Part shown: piece by piece, positions 1 to 12,632 of the stretch
Position numbering within the stretch: the first letter of the stretch is position 1
Layout: every line of letters starts with the position of its first letter
Origin: Malacoraja senta
Taxonomy: Eukaryota
Reading direction: 5' to 3'
Assembly (NCBI GenBank): GCA_038087875.1
Contig: CM075990.1
Span: 13,456,001 to 13,520,000, forward strand
Length of the DNA: 64,000 nucleotides
Program-made: the position numbers and the translations under genes
The notes under the pieces: model-generated
Told to the model about the DNA's origin: nothing
Database searches by the model: none
Seen by the model: the letters and a program-made list of their open reading frames with translations, nothing else

Positions 1-2
1 AC

Positions 3-131
<129 letters not shown>

Positions 132-905
132 CTAAAATAAAGAAAAGTTGCAATGAACTTAATGAATGTTCAGGAGCAACTTCTTCCCCACAACCATCAG
201 GCTATTAAACACTACAACATCCAAATAAGCTCTGAACTAGACACACTTGGGGGTCATTATCCTTGAACTATATCTCATACGACAGTAAAACACTCTTGAC
301 TCTTAAATATTTAACAGCTCCATTTCTGTTGATTAATACGTTCAGAAGTAGTCACTTAGATGCATTTACATGTAGTACATGTAACAATATTTTTTTCCCC
401 TGGTCATTGAATTAAAAGTCATTTTATTTCTTCTTCACAGATTTAAGAGGGGTATGTGGGAAAGAAAGAATCAAGCGAACAAATTACAAATACAAATAAC
501 AAATTGCACATGTTGGGATTTTCCTGCCTTGATCACCTTAAAGCCAGGGTAAGATAAATTTCCCTCAGAACTATTGTAATGCTATAGGTTTAGTGAGTTA
601 TAACTTTAAAACTCTTTCCATTAGTGGATGCCACTCACTGAATGGTGTATTGTAGGAGCAGATAAGCTGATACAGGAATGAGATGTTTATTCACTCCAGG
701 TGTGGCTGCGCCAAATGTTGGCAGAATTATTCAATTATCAGCATGTACCACAAATAATATTAAGTGCAGGTAGAGAATAGCTTAACTTTGCATCATATTT
801 GGCACGGCCATTATGGGCAGAAGGGTCTGTTCCTGCGCTGTACTGTTCAATCTTCTATCTATCTTCTTCTCATGCCTCATCTCAATGGTGCAAAAAGTCT
901 GTTCA

Positions 906-1139
<234 letters not shown>

Positions 1140-1628
1140 TCACTCGTGGTAAAAGAAGGAAGAATTGAAAATCAATTGACCCAATTCATAAAAAAATATT
1201 TATAGATTCCGTTGATTAAAAAAAGATACAGTAAATGTGACTGACTGCAATGGCTTTTTTTTTGCCCTGTACATTGTGTTATTTTCATCATGTATCTAGA
1301 TTTATTGAAATCTAACCTGAATTTGACTGCTCACACGCTAGAATCGATGCTAAATTAATATTTGGCAATATAAAAGTACAAAATCAGTAAGCTATGCTAG
1401 AACCAGAAATCATTCCAAGTTTCTGGATCGAAAGTGGAAACATTAGAAATGGTTAGATAAAGCTAAGAACTCACCTGTCACTGGAGGGTTACGCAGCATT
1501 ACTAAATGCTGAAGTGCATTTTCCATGACAAAATTTACATAGAAATTGTGTTTGTTTCTTGTAACTTTTTGATGGGAAAGAAAATGTGTTATATTCTTAG
1601 GTATTAATGAAGACAGATAATGAGTTAC

Positions 1629-1807
1629 CTTTGAATACGTCTGTTTATAGCTTTGCGAATGGGCTCTGTTGCCAGGCACTTTTCCGAATGGGTGGGAAGC
1701 AGGCTGAGGACTTCAGGGATGGTCGGATTGCCAGCCGGTAACCAAGATAGTTCCCCTGTGTTCTGAGGGAGTGGTATGATGTGCAACTCCCCATGATAGA
1801 AAAATAC
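1629..1807 (-). CDS. ECD: ECD coding exon 4
   Basis: tag|GTA TTT TTC...; VFFYHGELHIIPLPQNTGELSWLPAGNPTIPEVLSLLPTHSE...IRKAINRRIQ; donor AG|GTAACT. Confidence 0.95.
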
Positions 1808-2937
1808 CTAACAAGGATTAAAAATAATAAAACTTCAGTTCCGTCTAAAATGTCAGGGTCAACAATCTATCTACAATTATTGAAGGCGCAATTACCAGTT
1901 GCATAAGGAGCTAGAGAAACATTTAGTACAAAAATTAATGCCACCAATTAACATTTTTTCAACATACAATGTTCCAGTACTAAAACAAGATTTCAAATTT
2001 CATACAACCAAGCATCCTTATGGTTTTGTTATCTGATTACACTTTTAGCTCCAATAAGGCCCCAAATTTTTTTTCACTGAATTGCTGTTTCTGCACTTTA
2101 CGTGCAAAATGTATCGATTTCCTTTATAACAGCCACAGCTTATGGGAAATAAAAGACTTGCATATGTAGACATATATTCTTTATACCTTTTTTACATTCC
2201 AATTAAGTGATATTAATATGTCATCACTATTGTAACACAAATAAGCTCCCATTAATAATATCCATGATCAGATAATCCATTTTAACAAAAGTTAAGGGTG
2301 GCCCAAACATTAACCACGTCGCTGGGGAGAACTCCATAATATTCAAATGGGAACGTCCATATCCATTTGCAAGAACAATATAGTCGATATTTATAGTCTA
2401 TTATAGAATATATTTCCATCAACAGTGTGTTAGCAAACAAATTACTGTGACATTTTCATTCAACTTGTTCTTTGATGAATAAATCCATATAAGTTCCTGA
2501 AGTAATTATGGCGCTACTTTTCACCCCTATAAGAATTTTATTGTTCGGATCCTGGTGTGGCAATTGGCAATCTATGGCATTTGATAAACTATGGCAATTA
2601 AATACTCTCAATTCTTAACCTTGTTAGTAATTCACTATTATAATTTGTATTATGTGACGTTAAATAGTCACGTACCCAAACTTTTATCCTAATGTAGTAG
2701 TTAGCACATAAATCGTTGATGGACTAGGTTTCTTTCTGTATTGTATATGACAAAAAACTACTCTTTAGTTCTTCAGAAACCACCATAAACTTAATAGTGA
2801 ATACCATATACATTTAGAAAACTAATAAGTATGCTCTGTTTATCTAATAGACAGAATTATAGCAACTTCTTTATTGTATTCAGTCCACTACAACCCATTT
2901 AGACTTTAATTCTAAGTTAATAAAAGCGTTTGCACTA

Positions 2938-3084
<147 letters not shown>

Positions 3085-3141
3085 TTAATGTTAGCTTGAC
3101 GTACAAAGGGTCTCGTTCTCTAGAGATATTGGAATATATTA

Positions 3142-3351
<210 letters not shown>

Positions 3352-3427
3352 CTAAGTGTCCTCACACGCTCAGAATTAGGAATAAGCCTTATCATAAAGG
3401 ATCATTGACATGCATAGATATAGCAAT

Positions 3428-3670
3428 GGGTAGCACTGTGGCGTAGCTAACAAAGATGCTGTATCACAGTACCAGCGACCCGGGTTCGAGCCTGACCTCG
3501 GCTGCTGTCTATGTTGAGTTTGCATGTTCACCCTGTGACAACATGGGTTTTCTACGCATGTGCTGGTTTTCTTCCCACATCCCAAAAAGCATGTGGGTTT
3601 ATTGGCCTCTGTAAATTGCCCCTAGTGTTAGGAGTGGATGAGAAAATGGGTACAGAACTTGGGTGAACAG
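3428..3670 (+). mobile_element. tRNA-derived V-SINE
   Basis: GGTTCGAGCC B-box and V-domain. Confidence 0.75.
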
Positions 3671-4204
3671 CCGTGCCTGTAGGCCGAGGGTCAGCGGGTC
3701 CGAGATGTGCTTTCCCAGCCTCACATGTTGCTTCCTGTCTGTCAGGAAGTTGGTGATCCACTGACATAGGGGTTCAGGCACAGTCAACTGGGAGAGTTTG
3801 GAGTGTAGTAGCTCTGGCACAATGGTGTTGAATACAGAGCTAAAATCCACAAACATTAATATATTTAATTTTCACATCTTAATAAAGATTATGCTTTTAG
3901 TTTAGTTTAGCGATATAGCATGAAAACAGGACCTTCGGCTCACTGAGTCCATGCTGGCCATTGATCACCTGTTCTCTTTTACAATGGAAAGTCAATACCA
4001 GTCATATCTTCCTACTATTGGTGATACTGAAGAGAATCATTGTACAACTTAAGTTTTATGAATATGGCATGTTGACATCCTGACTAATATGCATATTACA
4101 AATGTCTGCTCAATGTGGGCCAATATAATTTTTAATGAAAATGTAAATAAAATACTTTAAAGTTTAACCTATGATAACATCTGAATTGGTTTGTAAATTG
4201 AGAA

Positions 4205-4675
4205 TAGACACAAAATGCTGGAGTAACTCAGCAGGTCAGGCAGCATCTCACAAAAGATATAGATGATGTTTCGGGTCGAGACACTTCTTCAGACAATTGT
4301 GTGGGCAGGCAGCAGCTGCGGAGATATAACCCATAGGATAATGGGGTAGCGTAGGAAGGAACTGCAGATGCAGGTTTACACTGAAGTAGGCACAAAGTGC
4401 TGGAGTAACTCAGCGGGTCAGGCAGCATCCCTGGAGAGAAGGAATAATGTAGCCCAGAAACGTCACACATTCTTCTCTCCAGAGATGCTGCCTGATCTGC
4501 TGAGTTACTCCAGCATTCTGTGTCTACCTTCATAGTATAATGGTGCTTGACCAGAGGAAGAGCCTTTGTCTCTCCACTGACATCAGTCTGAAGAAGGGTC
4601 TCGATCCAAAACATTCTCTCCATAGAATAGATGCTGCCTGTCCCGCTGAGTTACTCCAGCATTTGATGTCTACCC
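4205..4675. mobile_element. Cluster of three Penelope-derived hammerhead/hairpin elements in ECD intron 1
   Basis: Repeated GCTGGAGTAACTCAGC / GCTGAGTTACTCCAGC arms, with CTGAAGAAG(G/T)GTCTCGA cores on both strands. Confidence 0.8.
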
Positions 4676-4699
4676 ATGGATTCAAATACAGATTGTGGA

Positions 4700-5255
4700 A
4701 CCACAGCAAGGCTTCGCGGTGGCAGAAGGCCGTGTCGACGGTAACTGAAGTTGCAGGCAGAGTAAGTTCACTGCCTCCCGGAGATCCACTCACCCCGGGC
4801 CGCCGTGTAGTTCAGGCTGAAGGCCTCGTTGTGCCAGATGTACCCGGCGGACAGCAGGGCCAAGCGGCCGATGATCGCCTCCCGCTGCCGCTCCCATCTG
4901 TCCCTGCAAGTCCGGGGGTCGGAAAGCGAAAGGTGGGCGCTGAGGTAGAGCCGGTAACGCACCGTGTCCTGCAGCACACGCTGCCGCATCCCCTCCACCA
5001 GCCCCTCCATTACAAGCCGCCTGATGTCCGTCACTAAAACACCTCCGCTCGGTTCGTTCCAACCCTCAAACGCTTCCCCCCCTCCCCCTTCCCCCCCCCC
5101 CGGCGCCACGTGATCGTGCCAATGACGTAATCACGCCCGGGATGCTCTGCGACGTCTTTCGTCACGGAGGCCACCCCCCGCGCGGGACGACACCGCGTAC
5201 AGAACGTCAACTGCCCCTCAGGTTTGAATCTGACCTCCCGGTGACGTGTGCGGGA
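4700..5255. promoter_or_regulatory. CpG-island promoter of ECD, possibly shared with the divergent HGSNAT-like gene
   Basis: GC- and CpG-rich island over ECD exon 1 in an AT-rich background. E-box CACGTG 5107-5112, CCAAT ~5119-5123, CRE-like TGACGTAA 5123-5130, further TGACG/CGTCA half-sites, and a poly-C GC-box-like tract. Confidence 0.75.
4794..5010 (-). CDS. ECD: ECD first coding exon
   Basis: MEGLVEGMRQRVLQDTVRYRLY...GYIWHNEAFSLNYTAAR-G matches the ECD N-terminus (EDTVEY.LF...YIWQNQPFNL.Y). Donor G|GTGAGT at 4793, phase 1. The start could be the ATG at 5010 or the one at 4989. Confidence 0.9.
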
Positions 5256-5703
5256 AGGAACTGCAGATGCTGTTTTAAACCAGAGATAAGCACAGAGTGC
5301 TGGAGTAACTCGTGTGGGACAGGCAGCATCTGTGGAGAGAGGAATTTGTGACACTTCGGACTGAAGAAGGGTGTCGACCCGAGGTGTCACCCATTCCTTC
5401 TCTCCAGAGATACTGCTGTAGGACTAAGTTCCAAAAGCTGTTGGAGGTCACGGCGTACAATTCATTAACCTTGGGTGTGCAAGCAAAGAATTTCACTGTG
5501 ACTTGTCACATGTGACAATAAAGTATTCAATTCGAACCAACACGGCAGCTAATATTTGCCATTTAACAAGCCCACTGTCTTTAGCATTATACCTCCGATT
5601 TACACAGTCTGAAGAAGGGTTTCGGCCCGAAACGTTGCCTAATTTCCTTCGCTCCATAGATGCTGCTGCACTCGCTGAGTTTCTCCAGCACTTTTGTCTA
5701 CCT
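5253..5703 (+). mobile_element. Two Penelope-derived hammerhead elements plus a short Rex1-type 3' tail
   Basis: Hairpin copy at 5253-5420; intact core at 5609-5636; tail at 5468-5530. Confidence 0.75.
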
Positions 5704-5939
5704 TGCTATTAACACATTTGTTGCCACTACCTTTGAACTTCAGAAATCCGTGTGAAATTCAGAAGATGCCGGCCAGTATCAGTTGTCAACATATTCATTG
5801 TCATTACCTTGACACACAGAAGCCATCAGAGGAATTTGCCAGTAACACATTCACTGTCGTTATCTTTGTGTCCCGTTCCACGCAGAAGGGAGAAGTTGCA
5901 ATCTAGTGCCAGTTATTAACATATTAAGTATCACAGATT

Positions 5940-6445
5940 CAGGGAACAGCTCCATCCGAGACCGCAAGAAATTGCAGAGAATTGTGGCCGCAGCCCAGAC
6001 CGTCACACAAACCAACCTCCCTTCCACTGACTCCATTTATACCTTACGTTGCCTCGGCAAGGTCAGCAGCATAATCAAGGACGAGTCACACCCTGGCTAT
6101 TCCCTCTTCTCCCCCCTCCCATTGGGCAAAAGGTATAGGTGTGAAAATGCACACCACCAGATTCAGGGACAGTTTCTTCCCAGCTGTTATCAGACAACTG
6201 AACCATCCTACCAGAACTAGAGAGTAGTCCTGAATTACTATCCACCTCATTTATAGATCCTTGGACTATTTTTGATCAGACTTTACTGGTTTTATCTTGC
6301 ACTAAACGTTACTCCTTTATCATGTATCTGTGCAATGGTTTGATTGTAATCATATATTGTCTTTCCGCTGACTGGTTAGTATGCAACAAAATATTTTCAC
6401 TGTATTTCGGTACAGGTGACAATAAACTAAACTAAACTAAACTTT
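5940..6445 (+). mobile_element. Rex1/Babar LINE 3' fragment with (AAACT)n tail
   Basis: DRKKLQRIV..AQ...SIIKD.SHPG.SLFSPLP.GKRYR. Related 3' ends lie at 13060-13280 and 32820-33105. Confidence 0.85.
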
Positions 6446-6529
6446 TATAGCGCTATTGCAGCAACAGTTTGCATTTCTATGACACATAATAATTACCCAC
6501 ACAGTTACAATAAGAGCAAGATCCATTTA

Positions 6530-7430
6530 TATCCTAAACAAAAAGAGAAAATATTGGAAGGACTCAGCAGCATCAATGGGAAGAGATATATAGCGAATGT
6601 TTCATGTCAAAGATCCTTTATGTGGAAAAGAAAAACATCAAATGTACCTTAAGTTGCAGAGAGAAGGAAGGGTGGTGAGAACAGAGGGAATGTTCAAGAG
6701 GATACATACCAAACTTGTCAAGGCATCACTTACTGAAGGTGGAAAGGAATAAGAAATTGAAGCAGAAAGACTGACCACCATTTGTGATGTGCTGGGGAAA
6801 TAAAAGGCGATGTTCACCTGAAATTGTTTAATTCAATATTGTTCCAAGGGCTACAAAATGTACAGATCTAAGATGAGATGCTGCTCCTTGAGCTTACATT
6901 GAGCAGTGTTGGATGAATGTAGGAGGTCGAGGAAAGGGAGATTAGAATGGAAATGGGAAGTCGAATTAAAGTAACAGATGAATGGAAGTTCACAGTTGCT
7001 CTTGCTTTTTGCAAAGTGGTCATCCAGTGTTTGGTTTCTGCAGTACAGAAGGAATCATATTGAATGCACCAAATGCAATACACTAGATTGGAAGAAGTGC
7101 AATGAATTACTGCTGCTGGAAGGACTGTTTGCTTCCCTAGATGACGAGAAGGTAAGGGGTGAAAAGGAAGATGCATTTTCTGGAGTAGCAATGGAAAATG
7201 CCCAGAGAAGGGGAGTGGTTGGTAGAGATGAAGAGTGAAACAGACTATAAAATAAACAGTGAAATAGAATGAAACAGAGAGAATAATCATTTGGGAATGT
7301 TAAAAGAGAAGGGGCAGTTATGTCTGATGTGGGAATATTGTTGAAGAAATTGTGGAAGATGATCCTTTGAATGTGGTGCAGTGGAAAGTGAGGATGAGCG
7401 GAGTGCTGCATAGGGGGTTAGTTTAGAGTG
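6530..7430 (-). mobile_element. Old degenerate Penelope-like element (GIY-YIG remnant)
   Basis: ORF 6868-7290 contains HCTSSNLVYCIWC...AETKH, similar to the 30272 ORF; frameshifted. Confidence 0.65.
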
Positions 7431-8396
7431 AGCAAGGGCAGTGGTTAAATTGATCTTACATTAAACAGAAAATACTGGAAGCACAGGTCAAAGCATCAGG
7501 AGGGCAAGAAACATGACTGATGTTTATACAGTGCTTTTACATCAACAATGCATTACCATGAAGTGTTACATTAACAACATCCTATTTATTCAGCACATTT
7601 TCTTCTTTATCAGGTAGAGATGTCACCATACGATCACCGTCTGAAGAAGGGTCCCGACCCGAAATGTGATCTATCCACGTTCACCAGAGATGTTGCTTGA
7701 CCAGATGCATTACTTCAACACTTTGTGTGTTTTTATGTAAATCAGCATTCTCCAACAGGATCAAGAATGACTTGTATCCACTTCAGTTTAGTGGGTTCAG
7801 AGAAGACTATGAGGCTCACGTGGGACTCTGGACAGGAGGTGCTTGGCAGGTGAGTCAATGGGCAGTGGTGAACTCCCTCTGCCATTTGCTTTGGGCTTCT
7901 GTGTACTTCTGACAAATGGGCTCAAAGTACGTAGTGCCAGTCTGAACATTCCTAAACCATCCTGGGTAGTCACAAACTGCGGATTCTGATAAGTAGTGTG
8001 GATGCTACACCACCTCCATTGGGCTTTGAGAATATGCTTGAACATTATTAACTGTGAAGTACTTTGGAAAGTGTCGACAGAGTGGAAAGTAGGGTTATTA
8101 CAGGAGATTTTCTAGCTGCAGTAACCCTAACCTTAATTATACATTGACTTAATGGAGAGTTTAACTGAAATGGAAAAAAATGCGATGTAGCAAATAGATA
8201 TAGCCAAAGGTTACATTCATTCTATGGACTACGTTAGGACTCCTTAGCTGTAAACTGAAATATTAATATCTAATTTATTGTGCTCACATAAAGTAAATTA
8301 CTTTGATTATTTCTGCAGCCGTTTATCTGATTTTGAACTTTGCTCTCGCCCTTTAAAACAAAGACCAAAGTTCAAATCCTTATGCACTTGTCAAAC

Positions 8397-8466
8397 ATGG
8401 AGGTGAAAAAGGCTGTGGTTGGCATGGTTTTCGCTGCAATGATGAGTAGCCAGGGAGTTTCTTTGG
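8397..8466 (+). CDS. HGSNAT: HGSNAT-like coding exon 1 (signal-peptide-like)
   Basis: aaacATGG Kozak context; MEVKKAVVGMVFAAMMSSQGVSL; donor G|GTAAGA, phase 1, which fits the next exon (G+AT = Asp). An in-frame upstream ATG lies at 8382. A possible acceptor at 8318 and donor at 7849 suggest a 5' UTR exon. Confidence 0.7.
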
Positions 8467-9923
8467 GTAAGAAATACAAATGGAGACTGATAGTGGATTG
8501 CAAAGCAGTGATTTGGTTGTGATATTCATATCATACTGACCTGTTGGATTGAATATCTCCTGGTTTAAAATCTAAGACTTGATAGCTGCCTTGCAGATTG
8601 GATTCATGTATTTCATGTTTTATGTGTTTTTTTATTTGTGGACATGAATTCAGGTTTTGCTGTTGAATGAGGCTGGCAAACAATGTTGAACTTTAGGACA
8701 TAAAGGATCGCTGAGTATCCAGTATAGTTTTGTGCAGAGGTTAAAAAAGAAGACAAATGCTTGCTGCATTTGCATGGTATCTTTCACGTTTCTTTTAGAG
8801 GATCCCAGAGCACTTTCCACTCAATGAATTGTGGTGACTGCTGTGAAGTGCAGGCAAAAGGGACTAGTATAAATGGGGCATCTTGGTCAGCATGGACGAA
8901 TTAAGCTGCAGGGTCTGTTTTCGTGCTGCATGACTCTAAGTTAGAGACATTGCAGGCTACCTCAAGCAGCAGAGTGATAATAACTAGATAATCTATTCTA
9001 GAACCACGTGCTCTTTTACTTTTACATTCTTTAGGTTTATATGCCTGGAATGTTGTGCAAGCAAGACTTTCCACTGCGCCGCACTTAATCATATGACAAC
9101 AAACTTGACTTCATCTGAGAGAGCAGATATTTCATGGTTTAACATCTCGTTAACCAGACAGTTCCTTTAACACAATAGCACCTTTTCAGTCATGCAATGA
9201 TTTGCATGCTCCTGTACCTTCTTCCCAATGGTAGTGGGAAGAAGAGAGTGTGGCCGGGGTGGTGTGGCTCTTTGATGATATTAGCTACTCTCTTGAAGCA
9301 GGGCTTCATGTCGATCCCTTCGATGGTGAGGTCAGTATCTGTGATGCACTGGGCAATATCCGGTGTGGCCTCCTTCATCTTTGAAGGTTCAAATTTCCAA
9401 ACCAGTCACAATTCTTTCCACCATACAATTGTAGAAGTTCAATAAGCATTCGGTGACATGCCGATTCTCCTCAAACTTCGGAGGAGGTAGATCCACGGTT
9501 AACATTTTTTGTGATTGTATCAATGTGCTGAGCCAGTTAAGGGTTTTTGAGTCAAAGTTCATGTAAGGAATGTGCCAAATTAATCCAGCCAGACTTTTGG
9601 GGCTGAGGAAAGAGTTGATATTAAGTCATGACTCTTAAACATCTGCACCACACAATGTGTACAATACTGTCATTGGTTCGAACATCATTATGACATGTTA
9701 TTTACAAGGCAATTGGGCGTAAATAATTTGGCTTGTGCGAGGAAAAGACTATGCTTAATTTTCAGCTTAATGTACTTGAATCTTGTTGTCAGAGTGCACA
9801 AATCCACGATTAGGACTGAGACAACCTTCCAGTTTAATGAAGTGCAATGGATGGGAGGAAATAGAAAGACTATCAAAAGGAGATGAGACAATTTGCTGTT
9901 CGTTTGTTTCCCATTACCTCTAG

Positions 9924-10015
9924 ATCTGAAGATTGATCAAGCCCTGGTTATTCTGCATAACACCCTGAGCCAGCATAATGTCAGCATCCTCTACCTGTCT
10001 GATTACTGCTACAAG
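9924..10015 (+). CDS. HGSNAT: HGSNAT-like coding exon 2
   Basis: tag|AT CTG AAG...; DLKIDQALVILHNTLSQHNVSILYLSDYCYK vs human [31 protein letters not shown]; donor AAG|GTAAG. Confidence 0.9.
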
Positions 10016-11295
10016 GTAAGAGGATGTTAGTCAATACATTTGACTATCCACAACATTCACTCTTCTAACAATAGTGAAGTCCATGTGCACTACTTTATGT
10101 ACTTTAGCTACATTCTTCCAACTGCTGATAATTGAAATGTTTATAAGTTAGGTTGGAAGTTAGCTGTCACTTCAATCTTGCTTACACATCTAAATCAATG
10201 AAATTGCCTGCCCACTAGTGTCAGTAATCACACATTAGAGGCAAGGTGAAACTGTATTTTATATTCATTCAAAACTGTAGCAGTCTATTTATGCAACATG
10301 GCAACTAAAGAAATATTATCGTCTAATAATATCTCCAGGCGTAATTGAAATTATAGCACAGAGAGAGCCTCTCGAGTTTGATGGGAGTATCAGTCGAGCA
10401 AGTTGCTGTTAGTGGATGATAGTTACACGATAGGTATATTGTGTGCTTGTGCAAAATCATTCCTGGTTGCTTATGGTCTCCAGGCATGATCAGTTGTGGA
10501 ATAGTGGTGCCACTATTTATAGCAGAAACATTTTGCATGGGTGGATCTTATGATCCGCTTCTCCTTGTTGGCTCAGGAAACTAGAAAGAAAAGGTCAGCC
10601 TTGCTGGCTGTAGTTGTCCCATGGCTTGAAGGACTCGTACATGACTTGTCAACATTTATCCCAGAAATAAAAGCTTCATGTGTCTCCATTCATCTCAGGG
10701 GTGTTTACAGGATATTGCTGGCAAACGGCAATCACCTCATTGTCTGCGGGGCAAACGTATTGTGCATCAAAGAAGATATTTATTTTCTGAGTCACTGTAC
10801 AGTGTTTCCACATGGAATTCAGTGTGTAAAAACACCAAAATAAGAATGTTGAAAGAACAGCATCATAAAAAGCTACTTTTCTTAATTTGACTTCTTCCAA
10901 ATTTCAAAAAGACATATCAGTAATCCCCAAAAGCATCTATGGACGGAAATAGTCTGAAGAAGGGTCCCAACCTGAAACATGATTTATCCATTTCCCTCCG
11001 CAGATGCTGCCTGAACCGCTGTTCCAGTAGCCCTTTAAAAAAAACACTTTTTAATATGAAAGCCTATCACTGGGTTTTCTCCCAGGACAATTTAAAGCCC
11101 TTGATTTAAAAAAATGATAATTTCTGATCATTCAGTCAACTTTCCTATGATTTCCTTTTTGTTACCATTCTTGGAATATGTTAACATTTTATTTTGAGTT
11201 TCACTTATCAAGGTGTTCAACATCTTTTAAAATTCCCTCTTTGTCTTTGGGGTTGTACAGGTAAACAAATAATGGGAATAGGCTTCAAGAACATT

Positions 11296-11600
11296 GGCAA
11301 CCTAGTGGCGCAGCTGGTAGAGCTGCTGTCTCACTGCAGCAGAGACCTGGGTTCAATCCTGACCTCGGGTGCTGTCTGTGTGGAGTTTGCACATTTTCCT
11401 GCGACCGCATGGGTTTCCTCTGGATGCTCCAGTTTCCTCCCACATTACCAAGGTGAGTGGGTTTGTGGGTTAATTGGCCTCTGTAAACTGCCCCAAGTGT
11501 GTAGGGAGTGGATGTGAAAGGTGGATAACATAGCACTGGTGTGAAAAGTTATCAGTGGAGGGCCGGAGGGCTATTTCCATGATGTATCTTTCAATTAATC
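11296..11600 (+). mobile_element. tRNA-derived V-SINE
   Basis: GTGGCGCAGCTGG A-box, GGTTCAATCC B-box, V-domain. Confidence 0.8.
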
Positions 11601-11826
11601 TAAGCACACTCATCCTTAATGTTGGAAGGGCAAAAAAAAAAAATCAGCACAGGTAAGTTTATTAAGTTTAGAAAGCAAGTGTGGTCAATATTATAATGTA
11701 AAAATAAATCATCAGATGTGGTAATTCAAGCAGTGATAGGGAAATAATACTTACCATAACTGCATGTCATTGAATATATTTTTGTTGTAACTTACTTCTC
11801 CTGAAAAAGAACGTGATCTTCATATG

Positions 11827-11928
11827 GTATGAGTCTGAAGAAGGGTTTCGGCCCGAAACGTTGCCTATTTCCTTCCCTCCATAGATGCTGCTGCACCCGC
11901 TGAGTTTCTCCAGCACTTTTGTCTACCA
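11827..11928 (+). mobile_element. Short Penelope-derived hammerhead element
   Basis: HHR core at 11835-11862. TSD TGATCTTCATATG at 11814-11826 and 11929-11941. Confidence 0.85.
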
Positions 11929-12451
11929 TGATCTTCATATGTTGCTTCTGTTGGTTTGATTTATTGCTAAAACAGAAACAGCTGATTTATCAACTATCAT
12001 CATTACGTGGAATCTAAAGGGAGAGAGATGCACATGTACGTTTTCGTCTGTCTTTCCTTGCTGGGGATAAATATTAAGAAAAGGAAGAATGTTACTGATA
12101 AATTCTTCATGTTAGCCACCAGGTGGTGGCAGAAGCTAGCTATTCTGATTATAGTTGTGCATTTGCTCAGCATATGTTTCTCAAACTGTTTTGAATGATC
12201 CACGCGTGGAAACACGTACACAAGACAAAAACAAATCCCACAGGTGCTTCTACATTTGCAAGCTTGTTTTGGCTTGTGGAGTCTATTCTCATATTTGAGT
12301 CAAGGACCTGAACGTTCAAGACCCATTCCAGAATGTGATTGTAAAGGCTTATGCAGAATTGAAGGAGTGGTGTATTGTTAAATATGTTATCTGTCAGATG
12401 AGAGCTTTACTGAAATCCTAAAAAGTTCAGATGGATGTTAACCATCTCATA

Positions 12452-12632
12452 TGTGTAAGAAAGAACTGCAGATGCTGGTTTAAATCAAAGGTAGACACAA
12501 AATGCTGGAGTAATTCAGCGGTTGAGGCAGCATCTCTGGAGAGAAGGAATGGGCGACGTCTCAACCCGAAACGTCGCCCATTCCTTCTCTCCAGAAATGC
12601 TGCCTCACCCGCTGAGTTACTCCAGCATTTTG
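12452..12632. mobile_element. Penelope-derived hairpin element (inverted pLTR tails)
   Basis: About 70-bp inverted arms. TSD TGTTAACCATCTCATA at 12436-12451 and 12633-12648. Confidence 0.85.

Noticed and set aside
4540..5037. 165-aa plus-strand ORF
   Set aside because: Antisense shadow of ECD exon 1 fused to repeat sequence.
5011..5109. N-terminal extension of ECD in ORF 4768-5109
   Set aside because: It starts at GTG in GC-rich promoter/UTR sequence; homology begins after the ATG at 5010.
4205..5703. Recurrent palindromic repeats as a CRISPR array or terminators
   Set aside because: Eukaryotic context, dispersed rather than regularly spaced, and explained as Penelope pLTR derivatives.
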